From Patescibacteria group bacterium (GTDB taxonomy: Bacteria > Patescibacteriota > Patescibacteriia > JAQUQO01): a stretch of 64,000 bases of DNA. Below the pieces are notes generated by a model. The model did no database searches and was not told the DNA's origin. It saw nothing but the letters and a program-made list of their open reading frames with translations. Numbering within the stretch: the first letter of the stretch is position 1; each line of letters opens with the position of its first letter. The DNA lies in assembly GCA_028716045.1 (NCBI GenBank), contig JAQUQO010000001.1, forward strand, positions 320,942-384,941. The letters are read 5' to 3'. Below are positions 1-8,389 of this stretch, one piece after another. The translations under genes were made by a program, and so were the position numbers.

Positions 1-2
1 TT

Positions 3-146
3 GAAGATTTAAAGAATAAAATACAAGAGTTGGTTAATCACCCGGAAATAGTGGGAGAACGGGGAGAAAAAGGGAAAGAATTTATAGAAAAAAATTACAA
101 TTGGGATAAAATTGCCGAGGAAACTTTGGAAATATACAAAGGTTGA
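3..146 (+). CDS. C-terminal fragment of a GT4 (family 1) glycosyltransferase; the 5' end lies outside the window
   Basis: Frame 3 reads ...EDLKNKIQELVNHPEIVGERGEKGKEFIEKNYNWDKIAEETLEIYKG*. This is the typical GT4 C-terminal tail. Stop TGA at 144-146. Confidence 0.5.
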   Translation, partial: EDLKNKIQELVNHPEIVGERGEKGKEFIEKNYNWDKIAEETLEIYKG

Positions 147-203
147 ACAAGGCGAGTATTTTTAGTCAATTTTATAAATACGAATTGTTTAATATCTTGG
201 CGC

Positions 204-232
204 TTGACAGGTTTTTAGAATTATGCTATAGT
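204..232 (+). promoter_or_regulatory. sigma70-type promoter, TTGACA-17-TATAGT with TGn
   Basis: TTGACA at 204-209, 17-nt spacer, tgcTATAGT at 224-232. It drives the structured RNA downstream. Confidence 0.55.
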
Positions 233-238
233 ATGGTC

Positions 239-572
239 AGAGAAAGGGTGCGGTAAAAACCGCCCCAAAATAGCATCTCCCCCCGTTGTGCGTTTAACGC
301 GCCGGCGGGAAAAAGGGAGTTTTGTTCTGCCAAAATATTGTATTGAGTTAATTTTAACTTGATACGTCGGGTTTTAGGAGGTATGTCTTTGGCCAAGCGT
401 ACCAGAGAGTTTAGGGGAACGGTTGTTCTCCCTCCCGATGAGTTAGTTCTGGCGACGGATAAAAAGCGCGCAAAAGCGTCACCGGAAAGTCCTCTAGGAA
501 ATTTTTCCTAAAAAACTCTAAAATTATTGCGCCGGGAACCCAGAGGGGGTCTCCGGCGCTTTTTTTTTCTTA
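239..572 (+). ncRNA. structured non-coding RNA of unknown identity, about 330 nt, running from promoter to intrinsic terminator
   Basis: GC content is above the local background. It begins with the hairpin GGGUGCGGUAAAAACCGCCCC and contains GGAAAGUCC at 484-492. It ends in a strong terminator GCGCCGG-N17-CCGGCGC followed by U9 at 529-568. The only long ORF is a GC-rich 47-aa reading frame whose SD lies 1 nt from the ATG. Confidence 0.5.
529..568 (+). terminator. Rho-independent terminator
   Basis: 7-bp GC stem GCGCCGG/CCGGCGC with a 17-nt loop, followed by TTTTTTTTT. Confidence 0.7.
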
Positions 573-594
573 TCAGATAGGGTAAAATATAGCC

Positions 595-2475
595 ATGATT
601 GCCGAAATTATACCGGCAATAAAATTGCCGAGAAATTTTACCTACTTTGACTATTTGGTTCCCGAGGAGCTGAAGAGTAGTCTGCGCGTGGGGCAGATAG
701 TTCAAATACCTTTCCGTGGCCAAAAAATTGAAGGGCTGGTTTATAATATAAAAAAAGGCAGTGAATCAAAATTTAAAAAATTGAAAGCCATAATAAAAAT
801 ACCTATCAACCCGCCGGTTTTTGATAGAGAGGATATTGAGCTAATAAAATGGCTGGCTAATTATTATTTCATTTCTTGGGGGCTGTCCGCCAAACAATTT
901 ATCCCCGATTTTCCCAAAAGAAAATCCCAGTCCCAAGAAATAATCACTTCTAATCTTTCAATTAATTTTGAGGTCAAGCCACGGCCAAGGGGATTGGGTT
1001 ATTTTCAATATAAAAATCAGGACGAAAAACACTCTTTTTATTTAGACACGGTTCGAAAAAATCAGGGGCAAAATAGGCAAACATTGTTTTTATCGCCAAC
1101 TATCAGTGGGGCGATAGAATTGAATAATTTTTTTATTCAGCATTTTAAAGGACAAACATCTCTGTTATTAAATAATTTATCAAAAGGTTCTTTTTATACC
1201 GAGTGGCTCAATATCTTAAATAACAAAAAAAGTATCATTATTGGAACTCGCAGCGCTATCTTTTCTCCCTTGAAAAATATTGGGGCGATTGTTTTGGACG
1301 AAGAATTCAGTGATGATTTTAAACAAGAAGAGCCAAACCCGCGTTACGACGCTCGCAGTTTGGCTATACAAATAAACAAACTTAAAAATATTTCGGTTAT
1401 TTTTTCCAGTCCCCTACCCCGGCTGGAAATGTACCCACAAATAAAATCCGGTAAGATAAAAATTTTAAGCAGTACGGAAATAAAATATGACAATTTAAAA
1501 ATCATAGATTTAAACGAAGAAATTCGAGCCGGTAATTATTCGTTACTAAGCGATTTCCTGGAGGAAAAAATTGCCGGTGTTTTAAAAAATAAAAAACAGA
1601 CACTACTATTTTTAAATCGCCGCGGTGGCGCCACGTACATTTATTGCGGTGATTGTTCCTATGTTTTTTCATGCGGAGAATGCCAATTACCCTTGGCAGA
1701 GTACGGAAAAATTCTACGTTGCCGGCATTGTAATAAAGAGTTTCCTTTTCCGCTTGCCTGCCCCGCCTGTTCCGGGACTAATCTAAAATTTTCCGGCAAA
1801 GGCACACAAAAAGTAGAATTTTTTATAAAAAATAAATTTCCCGACGCGATTTCTTTAAGATTGGATGCTGATGTTGATAAAAAGGATTTAGATCAAAAAA
1901 TACTCGCCAAGGCCGATATTATTATTGGCACAAACTTTATTTGGCAACGTTTAGATTGGAGTAAAATCGGGCTTGTCGGTGTGCTTAATTTTGATAATTT
2001 TATAAACCATCAAGATTTCAGGACCAGAGAAAAGCAAGGCCATTTTTTAGCCAATTTAAAAACGCATTTTGATGGGCCACTTGTTATCCAGACACACTCC
2101 CTGGATAATCCAGTTTTTCAATATTTAAAGAATGGAGATTGGCAGGAATTTTTTAACAAAGAGCTGGAAATTAGGAACTCTTTTTCTTATCCCCCATATT
2201 CGCATCTGATTAAACTTATTTATCAAGATAGTAATGATAAAAAAGCCGAAAGAGAGTCAGCGAAAATTTATAAACTATTAGCAAGTAAAATCAAAGGATT
2301 AGCTGGAGTAGAATTAATTCCCCCGATCCAGTATTATGGTTTAAAAATACGCGGAAAATATCGCTGGAATTTAGTGCTTAAAGTCCGCCAGGATTCTTGG
2401 AATAAAATTTATGAAATTTTGAAAGTCGTGCCGGCAAACTGGTTAATTGATATAGACCCGAGTAATCTTCTTTAG
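595..2475 (+). CDS. priA: primosomal protein N' (PriA) homolog with degenerate helicase motifs
   Basis: N-terminal 3'BD-like region; IIIGTRSAIFSPLKNIGAIVLDEEFSDDFKQEEPNPRYDARSLA aligns to the PriA motif II region; Cys-rich zinc-binding segment CGDCSYVFSCGECQ...CRHCN...CPACSG; C-terminal domain. No GxGKT Walker A motif is present. Confidence 0.85.
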   Translation: MIAEIIPAIKLPRNFTYFDYLVPEELKSSLRVGQIVQIPFRGQKIEGLVYNIKKGSESKFKKLKAIIKIPINPPVFDREDIELIKWLANYYFISWGLSAKQFIPDFPKRKSQSQEIITSNLSINFEVKPRPRGLGYFQYKNQDEKHSFYLDTVRKNQGQNRQTLFLSPTISGAIELNNFFIQHFKGQTSLLLNNLSKGSFYTEWLNILNNKKSIIIGTRSAIFSPLKNIGAIVLDEEFSDDFKQEEPNPRYDARSLAIQINKLKNISVIFSSPLPRLEMYPQIKSGKIKILSSTEIKYDNLKIIDLNEEIRAGNYSLLSDFLEEKIAGVLKNKKQTLLFLNRRGGATYIYCGDCSYVFSCGECQLPLAEYGKILRCRHCNKEFPFPLACPACSGTNLKFSGKGTQKVEFFIKNKFPDAISLRLDADVDKKDLDQKILAKADIIIGTNFIWQRLDWSKIGLVGVLNFDNFINHQDFRTREKQGHFLANLKTHFDGPLVIQTHSLDNPVFQYLKNGDWQEFFNKELEIRNSFSYPPYSHLIKLIYQDSNDKKAERESAKIYKLLASKIKGLAGVELIPPIQYYGLKIRGKYRWNLVLKVRQDSWNKIYEILKVVPANWLIDIDPSNLL

Positions 2476-2477
2476 AG

Positions 2478-2506
2478 TTGACTTTTTTATTGCCAAATAC
2501 TATAAT
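2478..2506 (+). promoter_or_regulatory. sigma70 promoter TTGACT-17-TATAAT for def-fmt
   Basis: TTGACT at 2478-2483, 17-nt spacer, TATAAT at 2501-2506. The ORF-track TTG start at 2509 sits inside the promoter/TSS region. Confidence 0.6.
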
Positions 2507-2526
2507 GTTTGGTCAATATAAAATAT

Positions 2527-2985
2527 ATGGCTAAAAAATTGCCCATAGAAAAGGGTGAAAAAAATAAAATATTGCGCAGAAAGTCGGTGGAGTTAGCCAC
2601 CGAAAAAATTACCTCTTCAGAAATCAAGGAGTTGATTGGCGATATAATAAAGACGATGAAAGAAGAAAAAGGTGTTGGTTTAGCTGCTCCACAAATCGGA
2701 GAAAATATCCGTTTGTTTTGTGTTGATACCAAAGAAAAACCTTTGATTTTTATTAACCCTCGTATAACAAAAAAATCTCTCGGGAAAGAAATAGCCGACG
2801 AGGGATGTTTGTCATTGCCAGGAGTATGGGGTCCAGTAAAGAGAAGTAAAAGCGTAGAAGTGTCTTTTTATAACGAGCAGGGTATAAAAATAAAAATTAA
2901 AGCGAGCGGTCTGCTTGCCCGGGTGATTCAACATGAGTATGACCATTTAGACGGTATTTTATTTATTGACAGATTGAAAAAATAA
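2527..2985 (+). CDS. def: peptide deformylase
   Basis: Motifs GVGLAAPQIG, EGCLSLPG and QHEYDHLDG. Start moved to ATG 2527 (MAKKLPIEKG...) because the upstream TTG overlaps the -10 box. Confidence 0.93.
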   Translation: MAKKLPIEKGEKNKILRRKSVELATEKITSSEIKELIGDIIKTMKEEKGVGLAAPQIGENIRLFCVDTKEKPLIFINPRITKKSLGKEIADEGCLSLPGVWGPVKRSKSVEVSFYNEQGIKIKIKASGLLARVIQHEYDHLDGILFIDRLKK

Positions 2986-2988
2986 AAT

Positions 2989-3016
2989 GGGAGAGCTACA
3001 CAATTATAGCTCTCCC
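2989..3016 (+). promoter_or_regulatory. perfect 10-bp stem hairpin between def and fmt; possible attenuator or RNA-processing site
   Basis: GGGAGAGCTA cacaatta TAGCTCTCCC. No clean T-tract follows it. Confidence 0.3.
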
Positions 3017-3091
3017 CTCTGCCGGGTTGGAGTTGTCTCTTTTGGACAATCGGTTAAATAATATAATATTAAATATTTTTTGTCAATATTA

Positions 3092-4039
3092 ATGTTCAAA
3101 AATAGTAAAAGAGTAATTTTTATGGGCACTTCCGAATTCGCAGTGCCTATTTTAGAAAAACTGATAAAAAATTATCAGATTATTGGCGTATTTACCCAGT
3201 CGGATAAACCACTTGGAAGAAATAAAGAATTGGCAAAATCCCCCGTTAAAGAATTGGCTTTGAAAAATAATCTAACTATTTTCCAACCGCAAAATTTGAA
3301 AGAACAGAATGCGTTAAACCAGATAAAAGAATTAAGCCCCGATTTAATCGTAGTGGTGGCTTATGGGAAAATTATCCCTCAAAATATTATAAAAATTCCT
3401 AAATATGGCGTGATTAATATCCACGGCTCTCTTTTGCCAGAATATCGAGGCGCCTCCCCTATTCAAACAGCAATATTGAATGGTGGGGAAAAAACAGGAG
3501 TAACTATAATGCTTATTGATGAAAAAATGGACCACGGCCCAGTATTGGCAAAGCAGGAATTAGGAATCACGAATAACGACACAACGGAAACGCTTAGCAA
3601 AAAATTGTCTGTTTTAGGAGCTGATTTACTTATTAAGATTTTACCCGATTATTTGTCGGGGAAAATGAAACCTACAGAACAAAATCACGAGCAGGCAACT
3701 TTTACAAAAATAACTACTCGCGAAGATGGCCAAATTGATTGGTTTAAATCAGCCGAAGAAATAGAGCGGCAATGGCGCGCTTTTACTCCCTGGCCGGGAA
3801 TTTTTACTTTTTGGGACGGGAAACGATTAAAATTAAACGCTATTAGGATTTTAAATACGGATAATAACCCGGCGCAAGATATTGGAAAAGTTTTCTTAAT
3901 CGATGACGATAACATGGGGATTTATTGCGGCAAAGGAAGTTTGATTTTAGAAAAACTACAACTTGAAGGCAAAAAGGAATTAACCGGACAAGAATTCAGG
4001 CGAGGATATAAAAATATAATTGGTGCGGAATTAGGATAA
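3092..4039 (+). CDS. fmt: methionyl-tRNA formyltransferase
   Basis: IFMGTSEFAVP and NIHGSLLPEYRGASPIQTAILNGGEKTGVTIM, plus a C-terminal domain. An alternative TTG start lies at 3080. Confidence 0.93.
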   Translation: MFKNSKRVIFMGTSEFAVPILEKLIKNYQIIGVFTQSDKPLGRNKELAKSPVKELALKNNLTIFQPQNLKEQNALNQIKELSPDLIVVVAYGKIIPQNIIKIPKYGVINIHGSLLPEYRGASPIQTAILNGGEKTGVTIMLIDEKMDHGPVLAKQELGITNNDTTETLSKKLSVLGADLLIKILPDYLSGKMKPTEQNHEQATFTKITTREDGQIDWFKSAEEIERQWRAFTPWPGIFTFWDGKRLKLNAIRILNTDNNPAQDIGKVFLIDDDNMGIYCGKGSLILEKLQLEGKKELTGQEFRRGYKNIIGAELG

Positions 4040-4055
4040 ATTTTATAGAAAATAG

Positions 4056-4083
4056 AAAAACCACGGATGATTCCGTGGTTTTT
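4056..4083. terminator. bidirectional intrinsic terminator between fmt (+) and the MBL/cNMP gene (-)
   Basis: AAAAA CCACGGA tgat TCCGTGG TTTTT. Confidence 0.6.
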
Positions 4084-4118
4084 GCGGTATAGTTACAATT
4101 CTTTTTGTTTTTGGAAAG

Positions 4119-6311
4119 CTATGCCTCGGGGCTATATCCTCGCTGAGTGAGGATAAAACGTAGGTGACGACGGACAGAGGGGACAGTGAGATAAAGCTGA
4201 TTAAACTGGGTAGCGTTTATTTTATAAACAGTCACCCTGCTAATCGCTTTAATTGTGGCGGTTCTTTCTTTCTGTAGCTCAAGAGCTACAATTTCGCCCA
4301 CAATATCTCGCGGGCCAAGAACCGCAATCTGCTCCCCTCCTTTTTCCACACTTACTTCGCCCTCAAAGATGACATAACAATCCTTTGAAGTTGTCCCTTC
4401 GTTGATGATAATCATTCCCTCGGGAAAGACCATTTTTTCAGCGAAAGAACTGATTTTCGCGAGCAGTTGAGCTGAAACCTCAGCGAAAATTTTCACCCGA
4501 CGGAGAAAATCTCTTGTTTTCCACATAGTCTGAAGAGCTGAGATTGTTTCGGGATTATGACTTATAAACTCAGTAAAAATTTCTCCGGGAATAGAGAATA
4601 TTTTCACTGGCGAAACGGCTCTAACGGTTGCATTTCGCGGTTTTCGTTGGACAAAAGCCATTTCCCCAAAAATATCCCCGGCTTGCAGTAGGGCAATTTT
4701 CTTTTGAGAAGAATTGGAGCCGACCAATACTTCAAATATGCCACTTAAAACCACATAGACATTGTCCGCTTTACTTCCCTCTTCTATTACTACTGTTCCA
4801 GTCGGTTTATTTTGGATTGTTCCGCTTTGTAGAAAAGCAGAAAGCCAGGATCGGTCAACCCCGAGTTGATTAAGAGCATCTTGGATGCTTATTACATCAA
4901 ATAGGTCGCTGTTACCTGGTACCAGATTAAAATGCTGGGTAGGTCGGAGAAGATGATTTTTGATTTCAGGGGGAAGCTTAGAAGAGTTACTGTGGGTTAA
5001 GAAAATCTTTTCTCTCACTTCCGGGTTACTTTCGATGTAAGAAGCGAAGTCTACGGGTTTCCCATGAAGGGGCGCCCCGCCGGCGTCATAAACGGCCATT
5101 ACTATGTCCTCCCGTTTAGTGGCATTGAGTATTTCCAAGAGGCGATCTCGGCGATTATCCGAAATAACCCCCTTTTGGTGAAGCTCCTCTATGCCGGTCC
5201 AGGAAAGATTATCTCCGCCGATAAGAAGACTTTTCTTTTCTCCGTTACTATCCACTATTGAAAAAGTGAAGCCGATAGTAGGAATACTATGCGCGTTGTA
5301 ATGAGCGGTAATACAACCGCCAGGGATTTTTACCGGTTTAGTCGGAGTAAGGAGGACAAAGTCAAAGTACCCCCTTACCTCGTTTTCGTCGATATCCCAG
5401 ATAGCCGAGATTTTCAGACAGAGTGAGCCGAAAATTTCCGGAGTAGTAATCACTTTTAGCTTTTTGTCCTTGCGGTGAATTGATGATGCGGCCCAGTGGT
5501 CGTCATGGACATGAGTCGGACAGACGGCTTCTATCTGAAGTAAGCTCAATCCCATTCTTTCTACCACTTCGGCTACGTACGGCATAGAATCAATAAGATA
5601 GAAAAGTCCCCTCGCTCCAGCTATAAGACCGCTGCAAGCGTTCTCGGGGTCAAAACCGTTTGACGCACTTAGCACCTCTAAGCCGAGACTTGACGGCTCA
5701 ACAGCTTTGTAGAAAACTGGCAAGGGAAACGGAGGAATTTGTTCTCCTTCAAAATTGAGATTAATAACATCGAGGTCGTTGACCAAAAAGATGTTTTTGT
5801 CGAGTTTAGCGATTTTAACACCTCTAGCCCCTTCTTGAATTACCACTTCTCCCAACTCGTTAAAATAGTGAAAATCCACTAAATCACGAATTTGGAGAAT
5901 TTTACCATCTCTTTTGAGGGCAAAGTGGTCCATTTCGCGGCGGAGCATCTCTGCTACTCCCTTAGAAGTTCCCCAACGTTTCATCTCTTCGTCAGTCGGT
6001 CCTAAAAGAGTAATACGTAAAATCGTCTCAATCTGTTGGCACTGTTTTTTTGTGCCGACGATTATCAATTTTTCTCCTCTAGAAAATCCGCCGGAATTGA
6101 AAAGATGATAATAGAGAATAAATTCAAAGGAGAATTGAGAGTTGCCGCCGACATAAGGGACGGAGGGGGCAACGACAATTCTCACCCTAGGAGAATCGGG
6201 TGTTTGCAATATTTTTTTTACCACCTCGGGTGGCGCGCCAAACAGCACTCCTCCTATTTCCGTTTTAACCAAATAACACCCTTCACAAAGTTTTATTGTT
6301 TGCTCGTTCAT
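4119..6311 (-). CDS. multidomain protein: N-terminal unknown region, metallo-beta-lactamase-fold hydrolase core, and two C-terminal cyclic-nucleotide-binding (CAP-family) domains
   Basis: MBL motif THVHDDHW, with downstream His/Asp residues HYNAHS and DAGGAPLHG. Two cNMP-binding signatures: GDIFGEMAF...RNATVRA and VGEIVALE...RTATIKA. Strong SD AGGAGG lies 7 nt upstream of the ATG. Confidence 0.8.
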   Translation of the reverse strand: MNEQTIKLCEGCYLVKTEIGGVLFGAPPEVVKKILQTPDSPRVRIVVAPSVPYVGGNSQFSFEFILYYHLFNSGGFSRGEKLIIVGTKKQCQQIETILRITLLGPTDEEMKRWGTSKGVAEMLRREMDHFALKRDGKILQIRDLVDFHYFNELGEVVIQEGARGVKIAKLDKNIFLVNDLDVINLNFEGEQIPPFPLPVFYKAVEPSSLGLEVLSASNGFDPENACSGLIAGARGLFYLIDSMPYVAEVVERMGLSLLQIEAVCPTHVHDDHWAASSIHRKDKKLKVITTPEIFGSLCLKISAIWDIDENEVRGYFDFVLLTPTKPVKIPGGCITAHYNAHSIPTIGFTFSIVDSNGEKKSLLIGGDNLSWTGIEELHQKGVISDNRRDRLLEILNATKREDIVMAVYDAGGAPLHGKPVDFASYIESNPEVREKIFLTHSNSSKLPPEIKNHLLRPTQHFNLVPGNSDLFDVISIQDALNQLGVDRSWLSAFLQSGTIQNKPTGTVVIEEGSKADNVYVVLSGIFEVLVGSNSSQKKIALLQAGDIFGEMAFVQRKPRNATVRAVSPVKIFSIPGEIFTEFISHNPETISALQTMWKTRDFLRRVKIFAEVSAQLLAKISSFAEKMVFPEGMIIINEGTTSKDCYVIFEGEVSVEKGGEQIAVLGPRDIVGEIVALELQKERTATIKAISRVTVYKINATQFNQLYLTVPSVRRHLRFILTQRGYSPEA

Positions 6312-6388
6312 TGTAAAAACCTCCTAATTATGGGCACATGGCCCGGGTTAAGAAAAGAGGCCGTCATTTGAGTTCAACCCTTAAAACA

Positions 6389-6437
6389 CTACTAAATATT
6401 TCATGTTTCTTGGTGGTTTGGTCCTACTAAATATTTC
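6389..6437. promoter_or_regulatory. two copies of a 14-bp direct repeat, CTACTAAATATTTC, upstream of the MBL/cNMP gene
   Basis: Exact 14-mer at 6389-6402 and 6424-6437, in the 5' region of the minus-strand gene starting at 6311. Candidate operator. Confidence 0.3.
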
Positions 6438-6551
6438 GGACCCGACCCAAATGCGTTAATGACGACGTACAAACACTGTTTGTCAAAGAACCGTAACTTA
6501 CCGCTAACACAGCTAATATACCCCAAGGGTTTAAAAAAGTCAATATTAAAA

Positions 6552-6574
6552 AACCGCGATTTATTATCGCGGTT
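6552..6574 (-). terminator. intrinsic terminator of the small membrane-protein gene
   Basis: AACCGCGAT aataa ATCGCGGTT followed by TTTTTTAATATT on the minus strand. The stop codon lies in the 3' arm. Confidence 0.5.
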
Positions 6575-6806
6575 AGTGAACACTTTTGGCGATTTTCCAA
6601 AGAAATCTTGCTATAAAAAACAGCAGCAAAAGTGTAAAAAGAACAAAAGTAAGGGTGGGCAAAATTTTTGGTAAAAATTCGGGGTGTTTCCAGTACACAT
6701 CCGCAATTTTAAGCGGAATATAGAGGGTATAAACAGTAATTAAGCCTATGCCCACCTGACAGCACAGAAAAAAAGTTTTTAAGAAAGCAAGTATTTTTCT
6801 CTCCAT
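6573..6806 (-). CDS. small membrane protein with 2 TM segments, hypothetical
   Basis: Start at internal Met (MERKILAFLKTFF...), preceded by AAAGGAGGAGAA. A TATAAT promoter sits immediately upstream. The sequence is hydrophobic. Confidence 0.5.
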   Translation of the reverse strand: MERKILAFLKTFFLCCQVGIGLITVYTLYIPLKIADVYWKHPEFLPKILPTLTFVLFTLLLLFFIARFLWKIAKSVH

Positions 6807-6830
6807 TTCTCCTCCTTTTACAGATTCCGT

Positions 6831-6858
6831 ATTATAGCGCAAAAAATTTATTTGTCAA
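6831..6858 (-). promoter_or_regulatory. sigma70 promoter TTGACA-16-TATAAT (minus strand)
   Basis: Reverse complement reads TTGACAaataaattttttgcgcTATAAT, directly upstream of the SD and start of the small membrane gene. Confidence 0.5.
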
Positions 6859-6882
6859 GACCCGCCGATCGCGACTGAGATG

Positions 6883-8382
6883 TTAAGTACTTGACATAAT
6901 CGCCGATTCAAATAAAGAGCTGCAAAGAATAAGGTATCCGATTCCCAGCGGATGGTTGAGATAAGGGCTGAAAAAATTAGTTCCGATAATAGCGATTAAG
7001 CCCAAAATTGTTCCCAAAATCAAATAACCAGCGCTCTCATTTTTTAAACCTTTCCACTTCACGAATCCTTGTTTAGATATTTTGTAAAGAAGCAGAAGAT
7101 AAATTGCGAGACCAAAAAAACCCAATTTTAACCAAATATCTAAGTATCCCCATTCAAAAGCAGAGGTTGTATAAAGTCCATCAGCAGTGGTTTCTAAAAT
7201 TCGCGGGTCAGAGGTTTTATAAGTTACAGCAGCGCCAAATCCTTCACCGGCAATAGGATTTTTCTTGATTTCTTTCCAAAGTTCCGGAAGAAGTTGCCAA
7301 CGGCTGGAGGCTCCGGCCTCGCTCAAATTAGTGAATCTGTCGCCAAACAAGGAAGCCGAAAATCCGCCTAATACTTTGGGGTAAGGGAAATTCGCCATGG
7401 TATAAACCAAACCAAAACTTATTATTAACAATAAAATAAAATAGAGACAACTTTTTAAAACAGAAACTAGTTGTTTATTGCTTAGCCAAAATAATAAAGG
7501 TAAAAATAAAATTCCCGCCGCCGCCCCGCCCAGCCAAAAGCTTCGGGAAAAACTGATGATAATAACCGCGCCATACGAGATAAAAAGTAAAATCAAAGGT
7601 AAAAAATTTTTATCCTCCAGCCAGACTTTTATTCCCCCACTCTTTTTTATAATCATCGCAATAAAAACAGCGGTGATAAAAATTCCCACCAAAACAAAAA
7701 TTTGCGACTGGATAAATATCCGATAAAAATTTCCCCCCGCAAAAGTAATCTCCCCCACTCCGGAATTTCTTACCCAATGATAAAGAGGAATGCTCACTTC
7801 CCATAAATTATGAGAAAAAATATAAAGCAGAGTGAATGTTTTTAAGGACAGAACGATAGTTGCGGCAAAGAAAATCTGAAGCAGGTTATAAAATTGACTT
7901 TTGTTTTTCAAAATTTCATAAAATGGAAAAATTAAAGCAAAATAAACCCAGGCATTAGCGTCAAAAAAAGCGGCGCTGAACTCATTTCTTAGTAAACCAT
8001 TTACTATCCCCCACCCAATAGCCAGAAAAATTAAAATGTATGGCCAAAACAGTTTTGATTCTCTAAAAAGTATTTTTTTTGTTTTTAGTAATTGCCAAAA
8101 CCAAACAGACATTACCACTAAGAACAAAGCTATTCTCAATGAAATAATTATCCCGTTATACTCAAAGAAAAAAAGATAACCCTTGGACCCGACAAATAAT
8201 TCCCCTAAAAGTATAAAAATTCCATATTCTGGTTTTCTAAGGGACAGAATAAGGGTAATTATTATAATCAAAAAGAAAAAGAGATGGTTTAGGGGCGTAA
8301 ATAAATACCCCAAAAAAGAAAGTAATTCAATAAAAAGAAGTGTGAGGGTAGTAATTTTAAAATATTTTCCGAAGAAGTTCAT
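6883..8382 (-). CDS. polytopic membrane protein, O-antigen ligase / Wzy-like glycan polymerase family
   Basis: About 12 predicted TM helices plus a large extracytoplasmic loop. It sits in a glycosyltransferase cluster. Confidence 0.5.
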   Translation of the reverse strand: MNFFGKYFKITTLTLLFIELLSFLGYLFTPLNHLFFFLIIIITLILSLRKPEYGIFILLGELFVGSKGYLFFFEYNGIIISLRIALFLVVMSVWFWQLLKTKKILFRESKLFWPYILIFLAIGWGIVNGLLRNEFSAAFFDANAWVYFALIFPFYEILKNKSQFYNLLQIFFAATIVLSLKTFTLLYIFSHNLWEVSIPLYHWVRNSGVGEITFAGGNFYRIFIQSQIFVLVGIFITAVFIAMIIKKSGGIKVWLEDKNFLPLILLFISYGAVIIISFSRSFWLGGAAAGILFLPLLFWLSNKQLVSVLKSCLYFILLLIISFGLVYTMANFPYPKVLGGFSASLFGDRFTNLSEAGASSRWQLLPELWKEIKKNPIAGEGFGAAVTYKTSDPRILETTADGLYTTSAFEWGYLDIWLKLGFFGLAIYLLLLYKISKQGFVKWKGLKNESAGYLILGTILGLIAIIGTNFFSPYLNHPLGIGYLILCSSLFESAIMSST

Positions 8383-8389
8383 AAGTTAT

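Noticed and set aside
239-572. tmRNA or canonical RNase P RNA assignment for the RNA upstream of priA
   Set aside because: There is no Ala-Ala-stop tag frame and no tRNA-like CCA 3' end. RNase P-like motifs are present but in permuted order, so identity is left open.
2509-2526. TTG start for def given in the ORF track
   Set aside because: It lies inside the -10 / transcription-start region of the TTGACT-17-TATAAT promoter. ATG 2527 gives the canonical MAKK... start.
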